DNA from: an uncultured Verrucomicrobiota bacterium
GTDB lineage: Bacteria > Verrucomicrobiota > Verrucomicrobiia > Palsa-1439
DNA length: 64,000 nucleotides
Direction: 5' to 3'
NCBI GenBank assembly: GCA_964541945.1
Contig: CAZISE010000018.1
Coordinates: 5,260-69,259, forward strand
A model generated the notes under the pieces. It did no database searches, was not told the origin of the DNA, and was given only the letters and a program-made list of their open reading frames with translations. Positions 35,494 through 45,962 of this stretch are shown one piece after another (position 1 is the stretch's first letter; each line of letters starts with the position of its first letter). The translations under genes and the position numbers were made by a program.

Positions 35494-36203
35494 TGGGGGT
35501 AATAGACGTTCCAGAAACGTCGGTAATCAGGGTTGGTGCTATCAAACGTCTGGCCGCAGTTCACAATCAACGGGCTGTTTGGGTCGGAGGCGGTCCAGGT
35601 CTCGCCGTGTCCATCCACGAACACCAGGTTCATGGAAGTGCGGTGGCGTCCCCAGGCCGGCCAGTCGGTCGAAGCGGTCCAGCCCGCAAACGAACCGGTC
35701 GGACCACGCATCCAGAAAGCGCCCTGGTTGACGCCGGAAGAGCCGCCGCGCGGATCGGTCTCTTCCACAAACAACACCTGACGCCCTGCGTATTGGATGT
35801 CGGAAAGCTGGAGCACGGGGGTTTGCGGTCCGCCGCCGCCGCCAACCGGGCCGACGATTGAGTAGCTCCAGACATGGCCGCTGTCGTCGGAAGGGCATTG
35901 GTAGGTTTTCAGGTTGTTGACGTAGCGAAACAAGACGCCCTGCATGATTGCATTGGTGGAGTTGACCCGTTCGCGGATCCAATCCCATTCACGGTCGGTC
36001 TCGGCTCCGGCCAGTTTTCCATGGTAATCGGAAGCATAAGCCATCCAGGCGACGGCCAGTTGGCGCATGTTGGAGAGGCAGGCGCTGCCCTGGGCGCGTT
36101 CCTGCATGGTTCCCAGGGCGGGGAACAGCAACGCCAGCAACAACGCGATGATGGTGATCACCACCAACAATTCGATCAACGTGAAACCATCGCGTCGCGT
36201 CAT
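35490..36203 (-). CDS. prepilin-type N-terminal cleavage/methylation domain protein (DUF1559-like)
   Basis: MTRRDGFTLIELLVVITIIALLLALLFPAL. C-terminal VFVDGHGE motif. Confidence 0.8.
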   Translation of the reverse strand: MTRRDGFTLIELLVVITIIALLLALLFPALGTMQERAQGSACLSNMRQLAVAWMAYASDYHGKLAGAETDREWDWIRERVNSTNAIMQGVLFRYVNNLKTYQCPSDDSGHVWSYSIVGPVGGGGGPQTPVLQLSDIQYAGRQVLFVEETDPRGGSSGVNQGAFWMRGPTGSFAGWTASTDWPAWGRHRTSMNLVFVDGHGETWTASDPNSPLIVNCGQTFDSTNPDYRRFWNVYYPQ

Positions 36204-36245
36204 GGCTGTTCCTAGCGTTAGGTGTATCTCGAAATGCCTCCGTCG

Positions 36246-38840
36246 TCAACGCGCGATTGCCTGCAACCGCCGCACCAGCGCCGCGGGCCGTTCGCCGGCG
36301 GGCGCGCCGAACACGACGATGGGTGGTTGCGGTTCCGCGTAGCGGGCACCGGGAGCCAGTTCCCGATCCACCGCGCAGCGGGCATCAGGATGCTGGCCGC
36401 CGTGTTCATCAAGCCAGAAAGTTATTTTGAAATCTTTCGCGCGCAAACCGACAACGCCGTACTGTTTGCCGGTGGTCTTGTCCTGCCACGAGGCGAACGG
36501 CAGGTAATAGCTCGGCACGCCGGGGCCGCCCACTTCGCAGCCCGGTGTGGCCACAGCGTAGTGGAAGTATTCGGCCAGTTGCCACGGTTTGGCGCCGATG
36601 TTTTCCACCCAGAGCAATTGCGAGAAGAACCAGTTCTGGCCGGGATAAATGGTAAACCGGTACGATGCGCGGTAATTGTCGTCACGCTCAAACGTCATCT
36701 CAATGACGGCGCGCGATGGTTCGTTGGTCACACTCATGGCCGTGACACGGTCGGGCGCGTTCCAGAAATCCTGCGGCATCTTCTGGTGCAGCAGGGGCGT
36801 GAACCGGCCCAGGAGCACCCCCTCAAACTCGACCCGGTTCCAGGCGTTGCCGTCGGGTTTGTCCTTGACCAGGCGTAACGGGCCGTTGTCCACGACAAGT
36901 CGGTTGCCGTCGCGCTCGATTTTGACTTCTCCCTGGGGCGTAAACGGCTCGGCGGAGGCGCTCCGGCGAGGGGTCGGTTGTTTTGATTCTTTGCCGGAGT
37001 GGATTCGGTACACGAGCGGGTTCAGTTCCGCAAACATGCTTGTCAGCTCTTTGTAGGGCTGGTTGTTTTCGCTGACCAGACCGTAGTTACTGTCTTCGGG
37101 AAAGGAGCTGGAGATGCCAAGCGCGGGTTCGTCGCTCCACATGAAATAATCGCTGCCGACCATGAACGGCAGGCGGAACAACAGTCGTTGCAGCAACTCG
37201 CAACAGCGGGTTTTCTGTTCTTGCGTGTCCACGCGCATTCCGGCGCCGTGTTTGCAGGGCAACGGACGACCGGTGGAGTCCACGGCATCGAGCGCGGGAA
37301 AACTCCACTCGGTGATCATCATTGGTTTGCCGGCGCGCCGCTGCACGTCGCACAGGAACGACTCGATTTCGCTGGTGTCTTCCGACTCCAGATCCAGGTG
37401 CGGATAGATGTTGAGCGAAACGATGTCGCAATACCGGCCCGCGACCGCCCAGACATTGCTGGGCGCGTTGCCGGCGAAACGACAGCCGAGAATGAGATGG
37501 TTCGGGTCGTACTTGCGGATGGCGGCGGTGGTCACGGCAAAATATTTTTCCGCCGCTAGTCGTGTGAACTCGTCGGCATCGGTCGTTTCGGCCACGACGC
37601 GGGCGGGATCGTTGGCGGGCAGTTTGAGCGCCCATTCGCGGAGGTTGCCTTTCCAGGATTTGCCAAACCATTCCAGCTCGTTGTCAATGAAATAGCCGAT
37701 TAACCACGGGTTGTCGCGTTGTGGAGCGCACCGGCGTCGGGCTATTTTCTCGCAGTGGGCAGCGAATTTCGGGTGAAACACGTTCGGAAACCCTGTCCAA
37801 TGTTCCTTCGGCACCAGCGGTTCGATCCCGGCAAAACTGGTGCCGAGGGCCAGAAACTCGATGTGCGGCAGCCCTTGGTAACGCAACGACTCTGAGTGTC
37901 CTGCCGTCAGCGTGTTGAACCCCCACGCCTTCAATTTTGCCAACGTGTCCTGCGCCCAGGCCTCTTCGGAGCCAAACTGTCGTTGTACCACCCGGTGGTA
38001 CGGCGAGTAGCCGAGTTTCTCGCACCAATGTCCGCGATAGTTCACATGATCCGTTCCGATAATGTAGAACGCCTCGCCCTGTGGCGTGTACAACCACCAT
38101 CGTCCCCACGATTTCGCCACATGGAAAAAACCCGTCGCGCGGGAACGCCGCGACCGGTCGCCCGTCACCGTGCAGGGTGGAAACTCGGGTTTCGGTTCCG
38201 GCGGGGCCGCCACAACGTCGTCGCTGCGCGCCATCACCTCGCCGAACGCCGCACGAAACCCGTCCACCGTCAAACCAGGACGCCCCCAGGTAACCGCGCG
38301 CTCGTTGAACCGGAGTTCCAAACGCGCCCGTTCCGCGCCGTCCTGATCACAAACAATGCCCCGGATGCCGTCGGACACCAGTTCAAGGCGAAGACGGTAG
38401 GTGTGACCGTACTGCCAGTTGAAATCTTTGCTGGCATTCTGAGCGTTCCAACGTCCGTCAAGCGATTCTGCCATCTCGACAAAATGGCGCCCCCCGTGTT
38501 TCGTCGGCGCTTCGACCAGCGCCAGATGCCAGTAATTGCTCGACGATTGCGTGACGGTCAAGCCAGCGACCTTCCACTGGCTGCCCACGGCTTTCTCAAC
38601 CGTCAACAACGCCTCGACAACAACCCGACGTCCCGGCGGCGCGTTGTTTAGCAACGCCTCGCTTTTCTCGGTACCGGTGACGATAAACCGTCCGTCTTGC
38701 GTTTCCCAGCCGACATTGGAAGTGTCCCACACCGGCGAGGCATCGCTGCCGGGCGGATATTGGCGGAAGTCGTCGCGGATTTCCCACGCGCCCGCCGAGG
38801 CAAGCGCGGTGGCCAACAGAATAAAAACAAGCCGATACAT
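36246..38840 (-). CDS. large secreted glycoside-hydrolase-like protein (TIM barrel with ITEW-type nucleophile motif), putative
   Basis: Start MYRLVFILLATALASAGA (ATG 38840). MMITEWSFPALD and GYFIDNELEW resemble the acid/base and nucleophile strands of clan GH-A enzymes. Family not assignable by eye. Confidence 0.4.
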   Translation of the reverse strand: MYRLVFILLATALASAGAWEIRDDFRQYPPGSDASPVWDTSNVGWETQDGRFIVTGTEKSEALLNNAPPGRRVVVEALLTVEKAVGSQWKVAGLTVTQSSSNYWHLALVEAPTKHGGRHFVEMAESLDGRWNAQNASKDFNWQYGHTYRLRLELVSDGIRGIVCDQDGAERARLELRFNERAVTWGRPGLTVDGFRAAFGEVMARSDDVVAAPPEPKPEFPPCTVTGDRSRRSRATGFFHVAKSWGRWWLYTPQGEAFYIIGTDHVNYRGHWCEKLGYSPYHRVVQRQFGSEEAWAQDTLAKLKAWGFNTLTAGHSESLRYQGLPHIEFLALGTSFAGIEPLVPKEHWTGFPNVFHPKFAAHCEKIARRRCAPQRDNPWLIGYFIDNELEWFGKSWKGNLREWALKLPANDPARVVAETTDADEFTRLAAEKYFAVTTAAIRKYDPNHLILGCRFAGNAPSNVWAVAGRYCDIVSLNIYPHLDLESEDTSEIESFLCDVQRRAGKPMMITEWSFPALDAVDSTGRPLPCKHGAGMRVDTQEQKTRCCELLQRLLFRLPFMVGSDYFMWSDEPALGISSSFPEDSNYGLVSENNQPYKELTSMFAELNPLVYRIHSGKESKQPTPRRSASAEPFTPQGEVKIERDGNRLVVDNGPLRLVKDKPDGNAWNRVEFEGVLLGRFTPLLHQKMPQDFWNAPDRVTAMSVTNEPSRAVIEMTFERDDNYRASYRFTIYPGQNWFFSQLLWVENIGAKPWQLAEYFHYAVATPGCEVGGPGVPSYYLPFASWQDKTTGKQYGVVGLRAKDFKITFWLDEHGGQHPDARCAVDRELAPGARYAEPQPPIVVFGAPAGERPAALVRRLQAIAR

Positions 38841-38990
38841 ACCGTTCTTTATGCCGTTTCGGCAGCAAAAGCGCAAGAAGTTGCAAGTGGTTGCCTTCCG
38901 TCACCAGAAAACTGTTCCTGACACTCCTCTCAAAATCCTGTGGACGAACCTCGCAGCCATGCCTATACCTACCCCCATCCAATAAACCGT

Positions 38991-39974
38991 ATGAACACCA
39001 CCATTTTTCTCATGGCGCTGAGCTTGTTGATAGCCCTGTCCCAGGTGGGCGCCCAGGCGCCCGGTGTGCCCATCGAGAGCGGTCTCGACCTTTCACAGGA
39101 CAAAAAAACCGCCGACAGCGCCGCCGCGTTGCGCGACGCAGGCCGTCTCCTGAACACAACCAGGGTCAAAGCGCTGCTTGCCAAGCCAAAACCGGAGAAG
39201 TTCGCCTTGCCGCCCGTCGCAACACAGCCACTGGCGCCACGCGAAGTGTACCGTCGCGCTCGCGCCGCGTTTGTGCGGATCGGTTGGTACTACAAATGTC
39301 CCGATTGCAAGGAATGGCATCTTGATCTCAGCGCCGGATACGCCGTTGCCGAGGACGGCATCGTGGCCACCGCCGCGCATGTGATCACGCCGGACAAGGA
39401 CGTGAAGAAAGGTTACCTGGTCGCCGCCACCACCGACGGCCAGGCGTTGCCCGTGACCTCGGTGCTCGCCGTTCACGAGGAACTGGATGCCGCCATCGTT
39501 CGCGTTGAAGGACTCAAAGCCACGCCGTTACCGCTCAACGACAATGTCGCGCCCGGCGACGCCGTCTTTTGCCTGAGCGATCCGCTCGATCTGCGCGGTT
39601 ATTTTAGCAGCGGTATCATCAACCGTTTCTACTGGCTCGACGCCGACAACGGCGACCCCACCACGCTCGGTGGCGCGGCCAAACTGCGCCTGAACGTCAG
39701 CACCGACTGGGCGCCCGGCAGCAGTGGCGCCGCCGTGCTCGATAGTTGCGGCAACGCCATTGGCCATGTCTGCAGCATCGCTCCCGTGGCCGAGGCGCCT
39801 GCCGAAGAGCCGACCACCAAACAAAAGAAGAAAACCGACACGCCCCAGCCCGACGAGGAACCGATCCAGGGGCCGTTGTTTCAGATGCACGACGCCATTC
39901 CCGCACGTGGCGTGCTGCTGTTGTTGAAGCCGATGGCAAAGCCGGCAGCGGCTACTCGTAGTAGTGGTAATTGA
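38991..39974 (+). CDS. trypsin-like (S1/chymotrypsin-fold) serine peptidase, secreted
   Basis: Start MNTTIFLMALSLLIALSQVGAQA (signal peptide). Catalytic-triad-like motifs TAAHV (His), DAAIV (Asp), GSSGAAV (Ser). Confidence 0.6.
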   Translation: MNTTIFLMALSLLIALSQVGAQAPGVPIESGLDLSQDKKTADSAAALRDAGRLLNTTRVKALLAKPKPEKFALPPVATQPLAPREVYRRARAAFVRIGWYYKCPDCKEWHLDLSAGYAVAEDGIVATAAHVITPDKDVKKGYLVAATTDGQALPVTSVLAVHEELDAAIVRVEGLKATPLPLNDNVAPGDAVFCLSDPLDLRGYFSSGIINRFYWLDADNGDPTTLGGAAKLRLNVSTDWAPGSSGAAVLDSCGNAIGHVCSIAPVAEAPAEEPTTKQKKKTDTPQPDEEPIQGPLFQMHDAIPARGVLLLLKPMAKPAAATRSSGN

Positions 39975-41535
39975 TGTCGGGGAAAATGTTGTCGCGCCAT
40001 TCCAGATCGGCCAGCCACGGCTCGTCTATCTGGTGGCTTTTGATTTGCTCGTACAGGCGCGTGAAACGAAGGATGTGATCCTTGGTGCGTTTGACGGCAT
40101 AGTTGACGGCGGTGCCGGTTTTCATGATGAACGCCCAATCGCTGGACTGCGCCAACAACAACTCACGGGCAGCCTGTTTGAGGGCGCGCTGGACAAGATG
40201 GTCGCCGTGTTTATGCTGGCGAGCCAGCTCGGTCATGCGTTCGGCAGCGACGTGCAGGTGCGGGTAAATCCAGGCGTTGGAGCCTTCCAGCCAGACCTCC
40301 CAGTAACCTTTGGCGCCCCAACTGGAGGCGGCCGGGGTGACAACCTGCTGGGTCGGAAACATGCGGAGATACTCGCTGGGGGTGATGAGCTTGAAGGTTT
40401 GCTGGTCATACCAGACTTTGCGCATGAAATAGTTCAGAAACTCGGGGCCTTCAAACCACCAGTGACCGTACAACTCGGCATCGTAGGGCGATACCACCAG
40501 CGGCGCCTGCCCGCCCATCACCCCGGCCAGATGCTCGATCTGTTTCTCGCGGTTGAACATGAAGTGACCGGCATGACGGGCGGCCTTCTCCATCGCCCAC
40601 TGGCGAACGTAGTACTCCTTGTAGGAGGATTTGCCGGTGATACGGTGGTATTTGATGCCAGTAAAACAACGAATGCCATCGGGATGAATGTACGGCTTGA
40701 TGTAGTCAAACGGCAGATCAAACCCAATGTCGCGATAAAAATCACGATAATCCACGTCGCCGGGATATCCTTCCTCGGCGCTCCAGACCTGCTTGGAGGA
40801 TTCCACATCGCGCCCAAACGCCGCCACGCCCGACGGCGTGTACACGGGCGCAAAGACACCGTAACGCGGACGCGGATACCCGAACAGGATGCCGTGGGTA
40901 TCCATCACAAACCAGCGGATACCCGCTTCCAAAAGAAACTCTTCCACACCGGGCACATAGGCGCACTCCGGCAGCCAAATGCCCCTGGGCGGGCGCCCGA
41001 AACACTGGCAATAATGATCGCGCGCCACCAGAATCTGAGCGCGAATGGACGGCGGATGCTCCTGCATCAGCGGCAAAAACCCATGAGTGGCGCCGCAGGT
41101 GATAATCTCCAGTTTGCCCATCTCCTGAAACTGACGAAAACCGGAGACGAGATTGCGTCCGTACGTGTCGCAAAAGGTGGCGCGGGCGTCCTGAAAACGA
41201 TTGTGATAAAACCACGCCAACTCGTGAAGCGTACGGTCGAATTTGGTGCGTTCAATCTCCTTTTCGGTCAGCTCAATGAGCTTCGTGATGTGACGGACAT
41301 AACGCTCCTGCAAAAGCGGGTCCATCAACATCGCGCACAACGGCGGTGTCAACGACATGGTCAGGCGAAACTCCACACCGTCGCGCACCAGCCCGTCCAT
41401 CACCTTCAATAACGGCAGGTAGGTCTCGGTGATGGCTTCATAAAGCCAGTCTTCTTCCAGAAAATCCTCATACTCCGGATGCCGCACAAACGGCAGATGC
41501 GCGTGTAGGATCAGTGAGAGATAGCCTTTCGGCAC
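39952..41535 (-). CDS. GH57-family 1,4-alpha-glucan branching enzyme
   Basis: N-terminal LSLILHAHLPFVRHPEYEDF and internal WLPECAY are GH57 hallmarks (catalytic Glu in the WLPE region). About 527 aa, the typical length. Confidence 0.85.
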   Translation of the reverse strand: MPKGYLSLILHAHLPFVRHPEYEDFLEEDWLYEAITETYLPLLKVMDGLVRDGVEFRLTMSLTPPLCAMLMDPLLQERYVRHITKLIELTEKEIERTKFDRTLHELAWFYHNRFQDARATFCDTYGRNLVSGFRQFQEMGKLEIITCGATHGFLPLMQEHPPSIRAQILVARDHYCQCFGRPPRGIWLPECAYVPGVEEFLLEAGIRWFVMDTHGILFGYPRPRYGVFAPVYTPSGVAAFGRDVESSKQVWSAEEGYPGDVDYRDFYRDIGFDLPFDYIKPYIHPDGIRCFTGIKYHRITGKSSYKEYYVRQWAMEKAARHAGHFMFNREKQIEHLAGVMGGQAPLVVSPYDAELYGHWWFEGPEFLNYFMRKVWYDQQTFKLITPSEYLRMFPTQQVVTPAASSWGAKGYWEVWLEGSNAWIYPHLHVAAERMTELARQHKHGDHLVQRALKQAARELLLAQSSDWAFIMKTGTAVNYAVKRTKDHILRFTRLYEQIKSHQIDEPWLADLEWRDNIFPDINYHYYE

Positions 41536-41550
41536 GCTGACCTCCTCCGA

Positions 41551-42915
41551 TTATGCGGGCGTGGAACGTTGAACGGTCGGTTGAACCGTGCCAACCTCGT
41601 CCCGTTTTTCCGTTTTACGCTCGAATCTCAATTCAACGGCACGCTGCTCGTCGCCACGAGCAGAAACGGCAACAACCGGCAACCGATACCGGCCATCGGG
41701 AAACGCATAGTGAAATTGGAATGTCCCGTCCGCGTTTAGGGCGACCGGTTTGCCGTCAATGGTCACCTTCGCGGACGGCTCGGTGGCGCCATAGATGATG
41801 AGTTCGGCATTGACAGCCATCCAGAATCTCTTGCCGCCAGGTGCCGCCGACCAACTGGCCCCCATCGGGCTGATCCCGCCTGAACTGATGTTCTCCAGCA
41901 ACCGCCGCCGCAACCATTCGCTGATCTCCAGCGACCCCATCTGTCGTCGTTGTAACACGTCGCCGACCAGCGCTTTTTCCAGTGCCGCGGCCTGTTCGGG
42001 TGTCCACGGACCGACTTCCACGTTGACCTTGAACGGTAACGATACACCTTGCGCCTGAAGCCGGTGTAACACATCGGCAAGCGATTCGCCTTTTCGTCCG
42101 TAAGACCGAATGATTTGGAACAACTCTTCCAAGGGCACATCCAACGGAATCGTGGCAAACCGCACCGTCGTATCGGTGGAAACCACGGCTGCGGGCGTGG
42201 TCGTCTCGCGGGACTGGCTGACCACGTGGAAATGCCCTCCAGAGCGCCAATAGCCAAGCTGGGCATGGTAGGTGGTGGACGGTTTGGCGCCCGAAATGTA
42301 CCAATTTCGGGAGTCGTGATGCAATGTCAGTTCCTGCGCGGGATGGACATGATTTTTCTCAAACAAACGCAACACCAGCCGCCCGTCCACGGCCCGTTTG
42401 CGGGCGTCAGCCATCTGTTGAGCAGTCAGGTCCCAGTACGCGTAGAGCCAATTCGGGTCGCGCGCCACCAAAAACAACTTGCCCGTTCCATAGGCTTCGG
42501 GCAGTTCGCCGAGCGATTCCTCCACAAACTTCTGCTTTGGAGGTCTGGCACCGGCAGTCATGTCAAATTTGTGCGCCGCCATCGCGGTCGCCTCGGCCGC
42601 CGGCACCGGTTTTTCTTTGGCTGGGGCCGTCTTGCGTTTGCGGTTGATTTTGGTGCTCGGCGCGGGCGCAAGCACCTGGGGTTTGATCTTCTTGCGAATG
42701 GCCCGGCGTCGAACAAGGAGAGCCGCCTTTTTCGCCACAGCGGCAGCTACGGTCATTGGTTTGCGTTTTGTGTTGGCCTTTTTCTGTTGCTGGGCATTGC
42801 TAATTTTGGTGGCCAGTTCGGCTTTCTTCAAGGTGGTGATACCGCGCAACCCCAAACGCTGCGCTATTTTCAGGAGTTCGGCTTTGGTTTTGGCTGCCAA
42901 ATTGGTTGTCTTCAT
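41551..42915 (-). CDS. DUF4912-domain protein with N-terminal Rho_N-like motif
   Basis: N-terminus KTKAELLKIAQRLGLRGITTLKKAELATKI is a Rho_N/SAP-like motif. Lys/Ala-rich linker. C-terminal domain consistent with DUF4912, which often sits next to GH57 genes. Confidence 0.6.
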   Translation of the reverse strand: MKTTNLAAKTKAELLKIAQRLGLRGITTLKKAELATKISNAQQQKKANTKRKPMTVAAAVAKKAALLVRRRAIRKKIKPQVLAPAPSTKINRKRKTAPAKEKPVPAAEATAMAAHKFDMTAGARPPKQKFVEESLGELPEAYGTGKLFLVARDPNWLYAYWDLTAQQMADARKRAVDGRLVLRLFEKNHVHPAQELTLHHDSRNWYISGAKPSTTYHAQLGYWRSGGHFHVVSQSRETTTPAAVVSTDTTVRFATIPLDVPLEELFQIIRSYGRKGESLADVLHRLQAQGVSLPFKVNVEVGPWTPEQAAALEKALVGDVLQRRQMGSLEISEWLRRRLLENISSGGISPMGASWSAAPGGKRFWMAVNAELIIYGATEPSAKVTIDGKPVALNADGTFQFHYAFPDGRYRLPVVAVSARGDEQRAVELRFERKTEKRDEVGTVQPTVQRSTPA

Positions 42916-43031
42916 GTCGGGAAAACCCTCCTTTCGCGAGCACGACTCAGCTTAGACCAAGCCACCCAAATGTAAAGCAGATTGGCTTTGTCCCACCGAT
43001 TCCCTTTCGTCGCATGTGTTGTCTCCACCGT

Positions 43032-43538
43032 TCAGTAACGCGGTGGCGGCGCGGACGGATAGAGACTTTGGGTGTTGATCATGAAATCAATCACTTTCTG
43101 ACTAACGCCGGAATCCTTCAGGTCAATGATCTCGGCCGTGGTCAGGCGATAGACTGTTCGCGAGTTGCGTATCTGACTGATGATCACTTCGTCGCTAATC
43201 CCTGCTTTTGACAACGCCTTGATGTCAGCAAGCCCCAGCGGTTGCCCCTGTTCGATACGCTGATACGTCTGGGGGCTTTGGCGCGACAATGTCTCACGTT
43301 GTTGCGAATCCATGCCTCGCCCGATCAGGCCACCGGCAAGGGCGCCGAGGGCGCCACCGATAGCCGCGCCGGCGCCGGCTTCTCCGCGTGTGCCTCCAAT
43401 AATTGCCCCTGTGGCCGCTCCGAGGGCGCCGCCAGCCAATGCACCCGTCGCTGTCCGATCCGTCTGCCCCTCCGGGGTCTGGCATCCCAACACGACCAGT
43501 AGGAACAGGCTCAGAAAGTAAACCGTTTTGCTATTCAT
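43032..43538 (-). CDS. lipoprotein with glycine-zipper segment
   Basis: Lipobox VLGC. GALAGGALGAATGAIIGG...GGALGALAGGLIG is a glycine-zipper pattern. Confidence 0.5.
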   Translation of the reverse strand: MNSKTVYFLSLFLLVVLGCQTPEGQTDRTATGALAGGALGAATGAIIGGTRGEAGAGAAIGGALGALAGGLIGRGMDSQQRETLSRQSPQTYQRIEQGQPLGLADIKALSKAGISDEVIISQIRNSRTVYRLTTAEIIDLKDSGVSQKVIDFMINTQSLYPSAPPPRY

Positions 43539-43597
43539 GCTTTGGTTGCTCCTTTTGGGGGGAATCTAACACGGTTCTTTTTCCCTGCCAAGATAAG

Positions 43598-44794
43598 CTA
43601 GAACATGTAGGTAAAGCTTAACGTGACCCGATTGACATCGTAGCTTTGATCCGCCTTGTTGGAGCTGCGTGTTTGATACAAGTAGTTCAGTGTACCAGTA
43701 AGATGACGTCCAAAAGACCGGGTCAACCCAAGATCCAATCGGATGGTGTCATTTTCCTGCCCGGAAAGGCCGCTTTCGTCCTGCTGATGTGCCCACGCGA
43801 TGGTAGGAGATAGTGTGAGTTGTCTGTTCAAGCGGTGGGTGATTTTGTACGAAAGCCCGTAGGTGGTTTGATAGTTGGAGTTGTCCATTGTGGCTGTCAC
43901 TCCTGGCGAGTAGAACACGGAAAGCGAATGGGTGGTGTTGGGGCGCAACGGATGGGAGTAATTGAGGCTGATATTGGCGCTGGCATTATCCATGGATGCG
44001 CCGGGCTTGTTTCCAAATGGCGAATTCACAGGATCAAACTCCGAGTGGACATAACCAACCCCAACGCTCCCCGAAAGCACGGGGGTAATCAGTCCCGACA
44101 CGCCGATCATGCTGGTCATATTAAAGCCTTTCGATCGAGAAACAGTCATTTCGGGATAAACAAACCCAACCGAGTTCGCCCAGAAAACCGAAAAGGTCTC
44201 CTGAAGATAAACAGACGGCGTGATCGAGAAACTGTACACGGTTTCTTCCGTGGTTGGATCCTGCGGTGCCCACCGGTCCATTCGTTGTGTTTCAAGATTC
44301 AAAGCAAATCGTCCAAACCGTCGAAAGGCTGAAAGAGACCCCAAATTATTGTATTGCGTTACACGTTTCCTGCCGACGGAAACAGCGCTTTCCAAAGGAT
44401 CATTTGAAAAATTGAAGTTGTCGCTCACTGTCACCAGCCATTCTTCCACATGCCATGGCAATGTCAGTGCAACACTGATCGGTGAACTAAAAGTACTCTC
44501 CTGCCCGTGTTTAATATAACGTTTATATGTAAATCCAAGAGAAGTGTTTACGGTCAGATCGGCATCTGGTGTGATGGGTAGCTGTAATATCCCGTTGGCA
44601 ATCGGCCCAAAGGTGAACCCAATATCGGTTTTCGGATTGCTGGAACTGGTGTTGACATTGTCGTTGTATTCAATCCCCGCCTGCATACCAAGAGATATCC
44701 CAAGCGGTCCCCAGCGAATCGTTTCGGCATGTACTACCGTCCGACAGGCGACCATTCCAAAAATAAAACACAAGACGCAGTATAAATGGCGCAT
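43598..44794 (-). CDS. putative outer-membrane beta-barrel protein
   Basis: Start MRHLYCVLCFIFGMVA (signal peptide). Alternating hydrophobic beta-strand pattern throughout. C-terminal residue Phe (TLSFTYMF), typical of OMPs. Confidence 0.45.
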   Translation of the reverse strand: MRHLYCVLCFIFGMVACRTVVHAETIRWGPLGISLGMQAGIEYNDNVNTSSSNPKTDIGFTFGPIANGILQLPITPDADLTVNTSLGFTYKRYIKHGQESTFSSPISVALTLPWHVEEWLVTVSDNFNFSNDPLESAVSVGRKRVTQYNNLGSLSAFRRFGRFALNLETQRMDRWAPQDPTTEETVYSFSITPSVYLQETFSVFWANSVGFVYPEMTVSRSKGFNMTSMIGVSGLITPVLSGSVGVGYVHSEFDPVNSPFGNKPGASMDNASANISLNYSHPLRPNTTHSLSVFYSPGVTATMDNSNYQTTYGLSYKITHRLNRQLTLSPTIAWAHQQDESGLSGQENDTIRLDLGLTRSFGRHLTGTLNYLYQTRSSNKADQSYDVNRVTLSFTYMF

Positions 44795-44911
44795 GCGCCT
44801 TGCCTTTCTTCCTATAACACATCCTCTCCTAGTTCGTATGCACATCACAGGTAACAACAAACGTGATGCTACTTTGCACAGGCTTCCAAGTAAATAAAAA
44901 ATCCATTCCTT

Positions 44912-45904
44912 CTACCGACGTTGTGGTTGTTTTCGTCGGACAGGCATGGGAGGAGGCACCTCTTCGTGAACCCACCGATGGAATATCTCTCGATAATGAA
45001 GGTTCAACATGACCCCCAGTGCCACCATGCTCACAATCGCCAGACTGAAAACAATGTAACCGGAATAATCGTGGTAAATCTTCATGGCCCAATCAGATCC
45101 AAATCCCTGAGCCACCAGCGCCACCGTCGTAATGCGCGCAATGTTACCCACCACTGCCAATGGAATGCTGGACACAAACAACACCCATTTCTTCCATCCT
45201 TTATCCATCGTCAAATACCCGTACAACGAAGTCAGCGCCATCAATGCCACCAGCGAACGAACCCCACTGCATGGATCCGCCACATCCAACGGAGCAAACC
45301 GTCCCGACCGCGAAAAAATCCCCGTTCCGTTCTGATACACGTCCAATCCCAAAAGCTTCAAAAAATCCGCCGAAAAATTGGCAACAAATATCCGCAACGG
45401 AAACGAAATGTATGGTTCCAAAAAATTCAACGGAATCATGAATACCAGAAAGGCACACGGAAACCACAAAACCCTCGCCCATTTCCACCCCCCTATATAA
45501 AGAATCAGCCCAAAAATCAGCACGACCAACGAGAGCGCCACCACACGCGGAATGCCGCCGCGCACCCCCACCCAGTAAATCAGGGCGGCGACAACAATTA
45601 CCGCCAACCCTGTTTTCGCGGAATGGACCGGCTCAGCCACCAATCGTCGCCGCCACAACCATACCGACAACCCTGCCGCAATAATCGGTACCACATATCC
45701 GTGTGCATAATCTCCGCCTCGCCCCCAGTACCGGAACAACCACCCCAAAACCGAGGTCGGTTCAATCCCGACAGGACACGTCTTGCTGATGCCATATGCA
45801 TACACCATCAAGACGACCGCCACACCGATCAGCATCAGCCGGCGCCAATCGGTCCGAACATCGCCTCGCAACGAGGCTGCAGACGCTTGCGATTCCACAC
45901 TCAT
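44912..45904 (-). CDS. exosortase family protein
   Basis: Eight-TM protein with conserved exosortase motifs DPCSG (catalytic Cys) and VVGNIARI (Asn/Arg). Confidence 0.7.
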   Translation of the reverse strand: MSVESQASAASLRGDVRTDWRRLMLIGVAVVLMVYAYGISKTCPVGIEPTSVLGWLFRYWGRGGDYAHGYVVPIIAAGLSVWLWRRRLVAEPVHSAKTGLAVIVVAALIYWVGVRGGIPRVVALSLVVLIFGLILYIGGWKWARVLWFPCAFLVFMIPLNFLEPYISFPLRIFVANFSADFLKLLGLDVYQNGTGIFSRSGRFAPLDVADPCSGVRSLVALMALTSLYGYLTMDKGWKKWVLFVSSIPLAVVGNIARITTVALVAQGFGSDWAMKIYHDYSGYIVFSLAIVSMVALGVMLNLHYREIFHRWVHEEVPPPMPVRRKQPQRR

Positions 45905-45962
45905 GGCACACGCAAATGACTCTCAAACAGGATAAAACGAAAGTCAAATCACCTCTTTTGCC

